From the NCBI RefSeq assembly GCF_000142905.1, contig NW_013657647.1, positions 241,828-305,827 on the forward strand: a stretch of 64,000 bases of DNA. Direction: 5' to 3'. The position numbers and the translations under genes were made by a program. This document shows, piece after piece, positions 21,989 through 31,976 of the stretch. Source of the stretch: Thecamonas trahens ATCC 50062 (lineage: Eukaryota; Protista; Apusomonadida). Each line of letters begins with the position of its first letter. The stretch's first letter is position 1. The notes under the pieces are model-generated. The model was not told where the DNA came from. It did not search any database and saw only the letters and a list, made by a program, of their open reading frames with translations.

Positions 21989-23389
21989 TTACGACGACGG
22001 TTGCAGCTGCGAGACAGCGTACGCCGCCGAGGCCAGCCAGCGGGCGGCGACGGCGGCGGTGCCGGCGGCCGGACAGAAGCCTGCGGTGTGGGCCGGCGCC
22101 GCCGAGGCGACGGCGTCGGCCGAGGCGGCGCAACCATAGCGGGCAAAGGCGACGGGCACGCGCTCGCCGTAGCAGCCAAAGTCCTCGGCGCCCATGTTGA
22201 CGTAGCCCATGGATGGGGTGACGGCATCGAGCCACGGGGCGGCAGCAAGCACATCGCGGATGGCGCTTGCCAGGCGGGCGCAATTGACGACCGGTGGCGT
22301 GCCGGGCTCGTCCCAGGTGACCACGGCGGTCGCGCCGAACGAGGCAGCGACGCCCGTGGCGATGGCGTCAACGGCAGTGCGAGCGTGGGCACGGGCGTCG
22401 GGCGCACGTGTCCGCAGCGTGCCTGCCAGCTCGGCGGTGCCGGCAATGATGTTGCCCTTGGTGCCGGCGTGGAAGGAGCCGACGGTGACGACAACTGGCG
22501 ACGCCGGGTCGATGACCCGCGACGCGATGGTCTGCAGGGCGGTGACGACGTGCGCACCGACGACAACGGTGTCGAGCGCCTCGTGCGGGCGGGCGCCATG
22601 CCCGCCAGCGCCCTCGATAGTGATGGCGAACGCGTCCGACGACGCGTTGACCGCGCCATCCTGCATGACCACCGTCCCTACGGGGTAGTGATAGTCGACG
22701 TGCCCACCGACGACGTAGCTCACGCCGTCAAGCGCGCCGCCGTCGATGAGCTCGAGCGAGCCGTATCCAGCCTCCTCACTCGGTTGGAAGAGGAGTACGG
22801 CATCAAACGGAAGCCCACTGCCCACCGCCGCCGCCCGCAGCAGCGCCGCCACGCCCACCAGAGCCGCGGTGTGCACATCGTGGCCACACGCATGCATGAC
22901 GCCGTCCACCTGCGAGCTAAACGCCAAGCCTGTAGCCTCAGTAATGGGCAAAGCGTCCATATCGCCGCGGATTCCGACTCGCACTCGGCCAGCGCTTTGC
23001 TCTCCCTCTCCACCTTGTTGACCATGAGGACAGTCCTCGCCGTCGCTGTCGCCGTCGCCGTTGCCGTCGCCGTTCCCGCTGATCTCCACCACCACGCCAT
23101 GGCCGCCACCGACCTCTGTGCGGATTTCATCGGATGCAAAGCCCAGCATGTGCAGCACATCAACAACGCTTCCAGCCGTCTTCTCCTCGCAGCCTGAGAG
23201 CTCGGGATGGGCATGGAGGTGCCGGCGGAAGGCCTCGATGAGCGCTGCCAGAGCCGAATTGGCGTCTGTTGAGTCAATAGCCACGCCGCCCGCGTCGGAG
23301 GAGAAGGCCACGACATGGCTCTTCCCGCTCGCATCCATCCATCGCTCTACAGCCGTCACAACACTCGTCCAGGTACTCTCTCTGCTCAT
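21989..23389 (-). CDS. M20 family amidohydrolase (Acy1/hippurate hydrolase-like); start uncertain
   Basis: RRHLHAHPELS, RGDMDALP, MHACGHDVH, FQPSEE, GGHGARPH and GAEDF motifs. Confidence 0.92.
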   Translation of the reverse strand: MSRESTWTSVVTAVERWMDASGKSHVVAFSSDAGGVAIDSTDANSALAALIEAFRRHLHAHPELSGCEEKTAGSVVDVLHMLGFASDEIRTEVGGGHGVVVEISGNGDGNGDGDSDGEDCPHGQQGGEGEQSAGRVRVGIRGDMDALPITEATGLAFSSQVDGVMHACGHDVHTAALVGVAALLRAAAVGSGLPFDAVLLFQPSEEAGYGSLELIDGGALDGVSYVVGGHVDYHYPVGTVVMQDGAVNASSDAFAITIEGAGGHGARPHEALDTVVVGAHVVTALQTIASRVIDPASPVVVTVGSFHAGTKGNIIAGTAELAGTLRTRAPDARAHARTAVDAIATGVAASFGATAVVTWDEPGTPPVVNCARLASAIRDVLAAAPWLDAVTPSMGYVNMGAEDFGCYGERVPVAFARYGCAASADAVASAAPAHTAGFCPAAGTAAVAARWLASAAYAVSQLQPSS

Positions 23390-24320
23390 GGCTCTCTTCT
23401 GCTCCGACGACTGGCTCCCCGGGACACGTCTTGGTCGAGTTGAGTCTGACGCTGTCCCTCCGCCGCTCACCGGCGATGAGCTGGCGGCACGCCACAGCAC
23501 CGTCAGCGAGGATGTTGTCACTGCCACGATGATGATGATGGGGGGGGGGAGGGAGTATGACCCAGAGTCACCCATATCATTATCATGATCATGATCATCC
23601 CCCCACCACCCACCACTGAGTTCATCATGATGATGGTCACCCCTCCCATCACCCCCATCACCCCCATCACCCCCATCACCCCCATCACCCCCATCATCCC
23701 CCATCATCCCCATCACCCCCATCACCCCATCACCCCATCACCCCCATCATCTCTACCATCCTTCATAACCACCACTATTCGCCACAATATCAAAACAATG
23801 ATCATCACCATGTCCGCCAGCCCGTCCCGCCCTCCAGCCCGTCCCGCCCGCCGCCTCGTCCCGCCCGCCGGCTTGTCACACCAGCCGGCTTGTCACACCA
23901 GCTGGTCCCACCCCCCCCCCCCCCCCCCCCCCTNNNNNNNNNNNNNNNNNNNNNNNNNNNNNNNNNNNNNNNNNNNNNNNNNNNNNNNNNNNNNNNNNNN
24001 NNNNNNNNNNNNNNNNNNNNNNNNNNNNNNNNNNNNNNNNNNNNNNNNNNNNNNNNNNNNNNNNNNNNNNNNNNNNNNNNNNNNNNNNNNNNNNNNNNNN
24101 NNNNNNNNNNNNNNNNNNNNNNNNNNNNNNNNNNNNNNNNNNNNNNNNNNNNNNNNNNNNNNNNNNNNNNNNNNNNNNNNNNNNNNNNNNNNNNNNNNNN
24201 NNCCGGCTTGTCACACCACGCTCGGTCCAACCCCCCCCCCCCCCCCCCCCCCCACCCACCCCTTCCCCAACAAGGCCACCACCACCCCACGCGCACGACC
24301 CACGCGCACCACGGGTGGCC

Positions 24321-27300
24321 ATGTCCAGCAACAGCACCAACCACAGCCGGAGTGCGACACAGAGTAGCAAGCGTGTGTCGAACCTGCCGCAGGAGGCCTT
24401 CCTGGCTACCCTTGTGGCCCACCTAGGTCGCTCGCTGGCAGCCACGGGAGCGACTCTGTCCAACTCTGCCGAGGCCACAGAGGTTGTTCTCCTGGAGGAG
24501 TTTGTTCATCGCTTCTCCTCGACATACTCATTCCCTCCTCCACCTCCGCCTCATCACCATCATCAACATCATCAACATCATCAACATCATGAAAATCATC
24601 ATCACCCGCTCGCGTTGTCAGACTCGCTCGCTGCCTCGCTTGGCCCGCTGCCAGAGCCTGGTGCTTCGCCTCCGCTGCCGTCACGAAAGGCTCCCGGGCA
24701 TCAGGCTGATGATCGACGACATATCCACAATGGGGGCCAGGTGGTCGGGAAGAAGGAGAATGCGTTCCAGGGACAGGATGCTTTGCCATCGCCCACTCCT
24801 GGTGATGACGCTATCACGGACGACGACGACAACAGCAACAACGACAGCGAGTTCGCCTGGAGCTCGTCGGCCAGACCGAGCCCACTGGCAGACGCTTTTC
24901 AGCTCATCTTCTCGGCACTCTTCCACGAGCGACTCAAGCGAAGCGCGTGGTGCGCGAGCGCGTCGCGGGACTACCGACTGACGGTCCTGCAAGTCCTCCG
25001 CCTCCTCCTTCGCGACCCACGATTTACCCGCGCCTTTGTGGCCGACGATGGCATCGCCGTCCTCGGCACAAGGCTCGCCGAGATCTTCCCCGAGTACCAC
25101 GCTGACGCGGGCGCGCCGTTCCTTGCTGAAACCGTGGTCCAGATGGCGTCCATTCTGAAGAACCTGGCGTCGGACCCGGAGCTCCGCAAACTGCTCATTG
25201 ACGCCCATGTCCACACCACGTGCGTGCTTCTTCTTGACGCGCCCGACGCCGTTGCCGTCCAGTGCGTCCTCATTGTGCTCATCAACCTCGCACTCACGCC
25301 CGAGTACGCCCTGCTCATCGGTCGCCTTGACTCGATCAACAAGCTCCTCAACATTGTGCACAACTACAACTTGCCGGCCCAGCTCCTTGCCGCCGACCTC
25401 CTCGACGTCCTCTCCAAGCAGCGTGAGAACTGCATCTCCATCGTCGAAGCTCAGGGCCTCACTGTTCTCCTCTCGCTCCTCACCGCCGACGACGTTGCCC
25501 TCCTCGAGTCGCTCGTCATCATCCTCGGTACCCTTGCCGAGGACCCGCACATCTGCTCCGAGATTCGCCAGATGGGCGGCCTCTCCATGCTGCTCTCGCT
25601 CATCAACCCGGGGCGGGTCTACCCTGGCGCTATCGACGGGCCGACGAGCGCAAAGTCGCCCGTCCTCATTCCGCTCTTTGTCGCTGTCGCCAACACCCTC
25701 ACCACCATGGCCCTCGAAGACGAGGCCGCCCACCAGCTCCGCGTCCACAACGGCGTCTACTACCTTGGCCTCATTCTTGTCGACGAGGCCTGGCTCGGCC
25801 CGCTCGACGGCCCGCGCCCGCCGCCGGGCTCGGACGTCTACGTCATGCACGCATACATCTTTCAGTCGCTCCGCTACCTCTTCTCCATCGAGCGCAACCG
25901 CAAGGTCTTCAAGCGCTTCTTCCCCTCGGTCCTCTTTGCGCCCTTTGTCGACGTCGGCGCCTACCAGGCCCAGCTCGACCCGTACTTTGCCCTCGTCGAC
26001 GTCTACTACTCGCTCCCGGCCTCCGAGTACGTCACTCTCCGGGCTAATCTTGAGGCCATCAACACCAACAAGCCGCCGTCGCGGTATGTCAACGGCTACG
26101 CCATCCTCGAGCTCCTTGGTACTGGCTCGTTCGGCTCGGTCTACCTCGTCAAGAAAAAGGACGGCTACTCGACGTTTGCCATGAAGGAGCTCGACGTGAC
26201 CGCGTCCATGGCCGGTCGCACAAGCTCACCCGAGGACGCCGCTTTTGCCACACAGGCCGGCGCCGTCGACGAGCTTGAGGAGGAAGTCTCCATCCTCTCC
26301 CAGCTCCGCCACCCCAACATTGTCCGCTACTACGACTCGTTCCGCGAGGGTGGTTTCCTCTACATCATCATGGAGCTCTGTGAGGGCGCCACCCTTCTCG
26401 AGTACCTCGAGTCGCTCCGCGAAAAGGGCCGCTCCATGCCCGAGAAGCGCATCTGGCAGATCTTTATCCAGCTCGTCCTCGCCTTCAAGTACCTGCACAA
26501 GACGGCCAAGGTCGTCCACCGGGATCTCAAGCCATCGAACATCATGGTCGATGCTAAGAACGTCATCAAGCTCGCAGACTTTGGTCTCGCCCGCCACCAC
26601 AACAACACCATGATGAAGTCCGTCAAGGGCACGCCGGGCTACTTTTGCCCCGAAATCATGAAGGGCGAGCCGTACAACCACAAGGCCGACACCTGGGCCC
26701 TCGGCTGCGTCCTCTTCCAGATGGCCACTCTCCGTCCGCCCTTTGAGGGCTCCAACATCCTCGCCATTGGCCACAAGATCATCGGCGGCGTCTTTGACCG
26801 TGACGCTCTCACCTCGCACTCGCCGCTCATGATGCACCTTGTGACAAAACTAATCGAGCCGAACGTCTCGCGCCGCCTCGATATCATCCAGGTCTCCCAG
26901 GTCATCGCCCCGCTCCTTGTTGACCAGCTCTCAAAGGTCACCTACCGCTTCCAGCGCCTCGAGCGTGACAAGAAGGACGTCGAGCGCCAGCTCAAGGAGC
27001 TCCAGCGGAACCTCCACAAGACAAAGCACCAGCTCGGGCCGGGAACCGCCCCGCACCCGCACTCGCCGGCCTCGGCAGGCTCTGCCCTCTCGCCGCACTC
27101 GCCCATCGTCCCGGCCACTCGCTCTACCTCGGGTGAGGAGACGGTCGGCACGCCGAGCCAAAGTCAATTGCCCGTATCGTCCCGCTCCGGCCGCACGCCG
27201 TTGCGCGGCAATAGTTTGGTCACCCCGTCGGGCGGTCTGGGCACTGGGCTCAACCTCTCGACGCTCTCCATCTCGCCGTCGCGCGTCCGCGCCATCGACG

Positions 27301-27677
27301 ATCCCATCACCCAGATGCTCAACCAGCTCCACAAGCTCGTGTACATCACACAGCTCCCGCCGACCGCCAACCGCGACCCGCGCCGCACCATCGTCGAAAA
27401 GTACAAGCGCGCGCTCTTTGCCAAGCCCGACAACTCGCTCAAGGCCGAGATGCAGAAGCTCCTCACAGGCTCTACAGAGGAGATCAAGCTCGACTTTGGC
27501 ATGGACTGGACCACGCCTATGCTCCGCCGCGACTCGGTCGCCGGCGCCGTCTCGGACGACGACTCGGACAACGGTCGCCAGGCCGAGCCTGCTCCCTCGC
27601 TCTCTGTCACCTATCAGGAGCTGCAGGACATGATCGAGAAAATCCTCATGGAGACCGGCTTTCACTCGCCCGAGTAA
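24321..27677 (+). CDS. NEK10: NEK10-like kinase (ARM repeats plus kinase)
   Basis: ARM region, LGTGSFGSV, HRDLKPSN, DFG, and NEK10-type tail DPITQMLNQLHKLVYITQLPP. Confidence 0.9.
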   Translation: MSSNSTNHSRSATQSSKRVSNLPQEAFLATLVAHLGRSLAATGATLSNSAEATEVVLLEEFVHRFSSTYSFPPPPPPHHHHQHHQHHQHHENHHHPLALSDSLAASLGPLPEPGASPPLPSRKAPGHQADDRRHIHNGGQVVGKKENAFQGQDALPSPTPGDDAITDDDDNSNNDSEFAWSSSARPSPLADAFQLIFSALFHERLKRSAWCASASRDYRLTVLQVLRLLLRDPRFTRAFVADDGIAVLGTRLAEIFPEYHADAGAPFLAETVVQMASILKNLASDPELRKLLIDAHVHTTCVLLLDAPDAVAVQCVLIVLINLALTPEYALLIGRLDSINKLLNIVHNYNLPAQLLAADLLDVLSKQRENCISIVEAQGLTVLLSLLTADDVALLESLVIILGTLAEDPHICSEIRQMGGLSMLLSLINPGRVYPGAIDGPTSAKSPVLIPLFVAVANTLTTMALEDEAAHQLRVHNGVYYLGLILVDEAWLGPLDGPRPPPGSDVYVMHAYIFQSLRYLFSIERNRKVFKRFFPSVLFAPFVDVGAYQAQLDPYFALVDVYYSLPASEYVTLRANLEAINTNKPPSRYVNGYAILELLGTGSFGSVYLVKKKDGYSTFAMKELDVTASMAGRTSSPEDAAFATQAGAVDELEEEVSILSQLRHPNIVRYYDSFREGGFLYIIMELCEGATLLEYLESLREKGRSMPEKRIWQIFIQLVLAFKYLHKTAKVVHRDLKPSNIMVDAKNVIKLADFGLARHHNNTMMKSVKGTPGYFCPEIMKGEPYNHKADTWALGCVLFQMATLRPPFEGSNILAIGHKIIGGVFDRDALTSHSPLMMHLVTKLIEPNVSRRLDIIQVSQVIAPLLVDQLSKVTYRFQRLERDKKDVERQLKELQRNLHKTKHQLGPGTAPHPHSPASAGSALSPHSPIVPATRSTSGEETVGTPSQSQLPVSSRSGRTPLRGNSLVTPSGGLGTGLNLSTLSISPSRVRAIDDPITQMLNQLHKLVYITQLPPTANRDPRRTIVEKYKRALFAKPDNSLKAEMQKLLTGSTEEIKLDFGMDWTTPMLRRDSVAGAVSDDDSDNGRQAEPAPSLSVTYQELQDMIEKILMETGFHSPE

Positions 27678-27688
27678 ACCTTCTTTAC

Positions 27689-29107
27689 TCACCACGCGCC
27701 GCCGCGTGGTGGGCCAAACGGCACCGCCGGTGCCCCGTACGCCATGCCGTAGCCCGGAGTCTGCGGCTGCATCATCATTGGCGCTGCTGGCTGCTCCTTG
27801 AGCCGCTGCAGATAGTGGAGGTGGGTCTCGCCGCGCGGGCGGGCCGGGGCCGCCGGCCGCGGCGCAGGCCCGCCCGCGGGCATCCACATCGGCGGCATAC
27901 CCGGGCCGCCGGCGAGCCGCGGCTGCGCCATCGTCGGCGGGCCGCGGCGGAGCGTTGTGTCGAGCGTGTTCGATACATGCCGCTGCGTCGGGTTGAGAGC
28001 CTGGAGCGAGGGAACTTGCTGCGGCGAAGGCGGGAGCCGCGGGTCGGCGAGCCCGCCGCGGGCCTGCGACGAGAGCACGGCCTGGCTGTGGTAGGCCGCA
28101 GGCGGCGGGGCGTGCGGTGGCACAAAGGTCTGCGTTCCCGAGTAGTTGGCAAAGTGCGCCTGCAGCTGCTGCACCCGCTCGCCCTGCTTCTCGCGCTTCC
28201 ACTGCTCGAGCGCGCCCTCAATGCCTGCAATGGCATCGACCGCCGACTGGACTCTCGCCGAGTACTGCGGCGGGGCCGGAGCTGCGGCCGGAGCGGCAGG
28301 AGCGTCTGCCGACGGCCCGTCGCTCGTGCCGGCGGCGGCGCCGTGAAGAGCAAACGACTGCTCGTCGACGGCACCAAAGACGGTTGTCGACGACGCACGC
28401 GGAATGGGGCCACCGTCGTAGGCCGAGTCGGCAGCAGCAGTAGAGAAGGTCTCTGCATCAGCGGCCGAGCCGGCGAGGACGCGGCGGATCTTGTCTGTGA
28501 CCTCGACGCGCTCGACGAGGCAGATGCGGAGCTTGAGATGGCCAACAGCCCCATCGTCATGGGTCCTCACACTGTGAGCCGAGGCAGGCGGTGGCGTGAG
28601 GTAGAACCAGACGTACTGAGTCGGAGAGAGCCGTGACTTGATGTCGGCCAAGGTGAACGATCGCTCGCCGATGATCTCCTTGCCCGCCCTCAGCGCCACC
28701 GTCACGCCCGCAGCGCCATCTGCCGGCACCACTAGCTGCGCCGACCAGACTGGCGCTACTCCGCCACGAGCCGACGGAGCGACAGCCTTTGGCGGACCCG
28801 ACACCGCCAGCTTCCGACCATGACCACCACGACGATGACCACCACGATGACCGGACTGACGGCGATGACCACGATGGTCACTTCCTCCAGCACCTCCACT
28901 GTTTCCCCTCCGCCTCGAGCTGCCGAAGCCGGCGGCCAGAGCACTCCGTGACTGGCCGTCCTCCTGGCCGTCCTCCTGCCCGTGGTGGTCATCGTGGCCC
29001 TGGCCAGACTCGGTCGTCACCACCACCTCGAGCTGCTCGGCCGTGCCCGTCGGGCAGAGAATGCCCCTGCCCTCCATGGCAGAGACAAGCACTTCCACTT
29101 GGCCCAT
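27689..29107 (-). CDS. Divergent C2-domain protein with Pro/Gln-rich tail
   Basis: VEVLVSAMEGRGI, PVWSAQL, EIIGE, WFYL and GHLKLRI fit C2 strand order; long ORF with typical codon bias. Confidence 0.65.
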   Translation of the reverse strand: MGQVEVLVSAMEGRGILCPTGTAEQLEVVVTTESGQGHDDHHGQEDGQEDGQSRSALAAGFGSSRRRGNSGGAGGSDHRGHRRQSGHRGGHRRGGHGRKLAVSGPPKAVAPSARGGVAPVWSAQLVVPADGAAGVTVALRAGKEIIGERSFTLADIKSRLSPTQYVWFYLTPPPASAHSVRTHDDGAVGHLKLRICLVERVEVTDKIRRVLAGSAADAETFSTAAADSAYDGGPIPRASSTTVFGAVDEQSFALHGAAAGTSDGPSADAPAAPAAAPAPPQYSARVQSAVDAIAGIEGALEQWKREKQGERVQQLQAHFANYSGTQTFVPPHAPPPAAYHSQAVLSSQARGGLADPRLPPSPQQVPSLQALNPTQRHVSNTLDTTLRRGPPTMAQPRLAGGPGMPPMWMPAGGPAPRPAAPARPRGETHLHYLQRLKEQPAAPMMMQPQTPGYGMAYGAPAVPFGPPRGGAW

Positions 29108-29261
29108 AGCTGTGTATGTATGTGGGTCTGGATGGGTGGGTGGGTGGGTGGAGTGGTTGCCTGCCTGTCTCCGGCTCTGTGTCGCCTCCGCTGCCTGGTG
29201 CGCCCCCCTCCCCTCCCGCCCAACGGCTGGCGTGCGGGTCGGCGAAAGGGGGGGGAGGGGG

Positions 29262-29482
29262 TGTGACGATTATTTGTTGGGGGAATAATCGTTGGAGTGG
29301 GAGGGGGGTGTGACGATTATTTGTTGGGGGAATAATCGTTGGAGTGGGAGGGGGTGTGACGATTATTTGTTGGGGGAATAATCGTTGGAGTGGGAGGGGG
29401 GGTGACGATTATTTGTTGGGGGAATAATCGTTGGAGTGTGAGGGGGGGGTGACGATTATTTGTTGGGGGAATAATCGTTGGA
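29262..29482. repeat. 46-47-bp tandem repeat, 5 copies, each with an internal inverted repeat
   Basis: acgattatt-tgttggggg-aataatcgt starting at 29266, 29313, 29359, 29405 and 29452. Confidence 0.95.
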
Positions 29483-30467
29483 GGTGGGGAAACAGGGGAA
29501 TAATGGCTGTCGTGTCGAACAATGATTGACATTCGCAGTGTCAACGGCCAAACGTCATCATGGATAGCAGCAGCATGTAGCCATCCACAGAGCGTGATAT
29601 CCTACCCACCCACACCATACTACATCCACATACCATCTACTACTATTTCTCATACCACAGCAATTTGCAATGACATCGACAATAGCCTTCGCCAGAACCA
29701 GCCGTTCTTGTGCCCCTCCCCCCCCCCTTCCGGCACACTTCCGCTTGCCCCGACTGCGGGAGACCGATCGAGCAGGGACTCGGGGGGAGGGGGGGGGGGG
29801 GGGGGGGGGGGAGTTGCCACAAGCGAGGGCAGGGCAGGAGAGCCACCACCACACCCCACTCTCGGCAGCAGAGGGAGCAAGAGACGGCGACTCGAGCTAC
29901 ACCTTTTATCCACGGCTGGACCTTCTCAGCCAACCGCAGTAGCTCGCCCCGTGCCGTGTACCCCCCCCCCCTCTCTCTTTCCTGGGAGAGTGCCAACCGA
30001 GTCAAACCGCTGCTCGCTGCGCCAGACCGGGAAGGCCGACAAGCGCCAGCAGAGCATACACCTGCTGACAGAGTCAGAGGACAAAGCGAGCAAGAGAGAG
30101 AGAGAGAGGAGACAGAGACCGACTAGAGGTCCTCACTGCTCCGTCAGCTCACGTAGATCGCTCGCAAGGGAATCGGCTGCACAGACGACCGAATTAAGTC
30201 CGTTGACGTTGCGCCACTGCTGCCGACCGACCGTCCTTGCTGTCCACCGCGACCATCGTCTTGCTCATCCGGCTACAGACTCGTTCATCGGCATCTGTAC
30301 CTGAGCTAAGTCTGCTTGTTGACGTTCTACTCTGGTGCTGAGTCTGAGCTGTGTCCTCCTGACATCAAGATCGAGATCGAGATCGAGACAGAGCGCTTCG
30401 CTGAGACAACAGCAGCGCCAATCACTGCTACGCTCACTGCTGCAATCACATCCAAAAGCATTTAACT

Positions 30468-31889
30468 ATGGGGTGCGGATCATCGTCAAACGTGCCACCG
30501 GAGAACGAGCCGAAGAGGGAGACTGCAGAGGCTGGCAAGGCAGGCGAGGCGTCTGGAGACGCAAGTGCCGATGGGAGGCAGAGCAAGCACAGGTCGAGTG
30601 GAGGTAGCCGTGAGAAGGCCAAGGGCAAGGCCAAGGGCAAGGCCAAGGGCAACGGCAACGGCAAGAGTAGGGATAAGAGTCGCGATCAAAGTGGCGACGG
30701 GTCCGCGAGCGGAACAAGCAGCGATGAAGGAGGCCGCTCGTCGGACAAGGGGAAGAAGCGGTCGCGGAAGCGGGTGGGCAAGGACGCGGCATCACCGGAC
30801 AAGGGTAAGCAAGAGGTGTCTGACCCGTGCTCGAGCGACGGGGAAAAGTCAGGCAGCGGGCGAAAGTCGGGCAAAGGCGGGCGGCGGAAGCGCGGGAGCG
30901 GGCGTAAGGGTCCGCCGGGGGCTCGGCCGGCGCTGCCGTCAGGCAAGCTGATGCCTGCACTGCCGGGCGGCGGCAAGGTTGGGAGCAAGCGTAGGGGCTC
31001 GGGCGGCAAGGGCGGAGTGGACATCAAGCAGATCACCAAAGCCATCATGAACGACAACCTGACGGCGGTGCAGAAGCTGCTCAACTCGCCGGCGGCCAAG
31101 GTTGACGACCTGTACAGCTGCTCGTCGGTGCCCAACTCGACGCTCGCCTTTGAGGGCGCGACGTTGCTGCATCTTGCGGTCTTCCTCGGCAAGTTCAACA
31201 TTGCCAAGTTTGTGCTGATCAAGAACGCCGACCTCAACGTCCGCTGCGACCGCATCTCCGACTCCAAGTCGCGGTTCCACTCGGTCACCGCGTTCCACAT
31301 GGTTGTTGCCCTCTGCTCGCTCGAAATGATCGACCTCTTCCTCCGGTCGGGCGCCATCCTCAACGAGATGTGCGACGAGTACGTGACGTACAAGTACTTT
31401 TACTACGCCAACGTCTCGGTCCTGCACCTCGCGTGTTTTCGCAAGGACGCCAACGCTGTCGTTGACCTACTCCTCACAAAGGCTTCAGAGTACGACGGCA
31501 TTCTGGAGCTGCTCGCCGGCGAGATCCGGCCGCACAACGAGAAGCACTCGACTGACAAGTCCATTGTCAACCTTTCGCAGTCCAACGCCAAGAACATCTT
31601 CCGCGACGTCACCTGCCTCCACATCGCCGTCGCCCTCAACCGCAAGGCGCTCGTCAAGGCCTTTATGAAGAACGGCGCGCGGACAGACGCCGTCTGCGGT
31701 GAGGTTTCCTTCAAGTACGAGCTCAACCGTCGAAACAAGGAGCTGGCCAACGCCAACAGGCCGTCAGACCAGAAGGAGATCACCCACGGCCTCCACTCGT
31801 ACAAGGACAAGACCGTGACCCAGCTCGCCTTTCTCACCGAGCGCACCACTCTCATGCCCATTCTCAAGGATTGGAAGTCGAACCGTTAA
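30468..31889 (+). CDS. Ankyrin-repeat protein with N-terminal dual acylation motif
   Basis: MGCGSS start, basic low-complexity linker, ankyrin repeats ATLLHLAV, VTAFHMVV, SVLHLAC and TCLHIAV. Confidence 0.85.
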   Translation: MGCGSSSNVPPENEPKRETAEAGKAGEASGDASADGRQSKHRSSGGSREKAKGKAKGKAKGNGNGKSRDKSRDQSGDGSASGTSSDEGGRSSDKGKKRSRKRVGKDAASPDKGKQEVSDPCSSDGEKSGSGRKSGKGGRRKRGSGRKGPPGARPALPSGKLMPALPGGGKVGSKRRGSGGKGGVDIKQITKAIMNDNLTAVQKLLNSPAAKVDDLYSCSSVPNSTLAFEGATLLHLAVFLGKFNIAKFVLIKNADLNVRCDRISDSKSRFHSVTAFHMVVALCSLEMIDLFLRSGAILNEMCDEYVTYKYFYYANVSVLHLACFRKDANAVVDLLLTKASEYDGILELLAGEIRPHNEKHSTDKSIVNLSQSNAKNIFRDVTCLHIAVALNRKALVKAFMKNGARTDAVCGEVSFKYELNRRNKELANANRPSDQKEITHGLHSYKDKTVTQLAFLTERTTLMPILKDWKSNR

Positions 31890-31976
31890 ACCCGTGTGTG
31901 TGCGCCTCCTCCTCCTCCATCGGCTGCCGTTTTCTCGCGCATACTTCTCTCTCGAAGCGGAAGTACTCGATCGACG

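Noticed and set aside
29262-29482. CRISPR array
   Set aside because: The repeats are palindromic, but the linkers are near-identical G-tracts rather than unique spacers; no cas genes; eukaryotic context.
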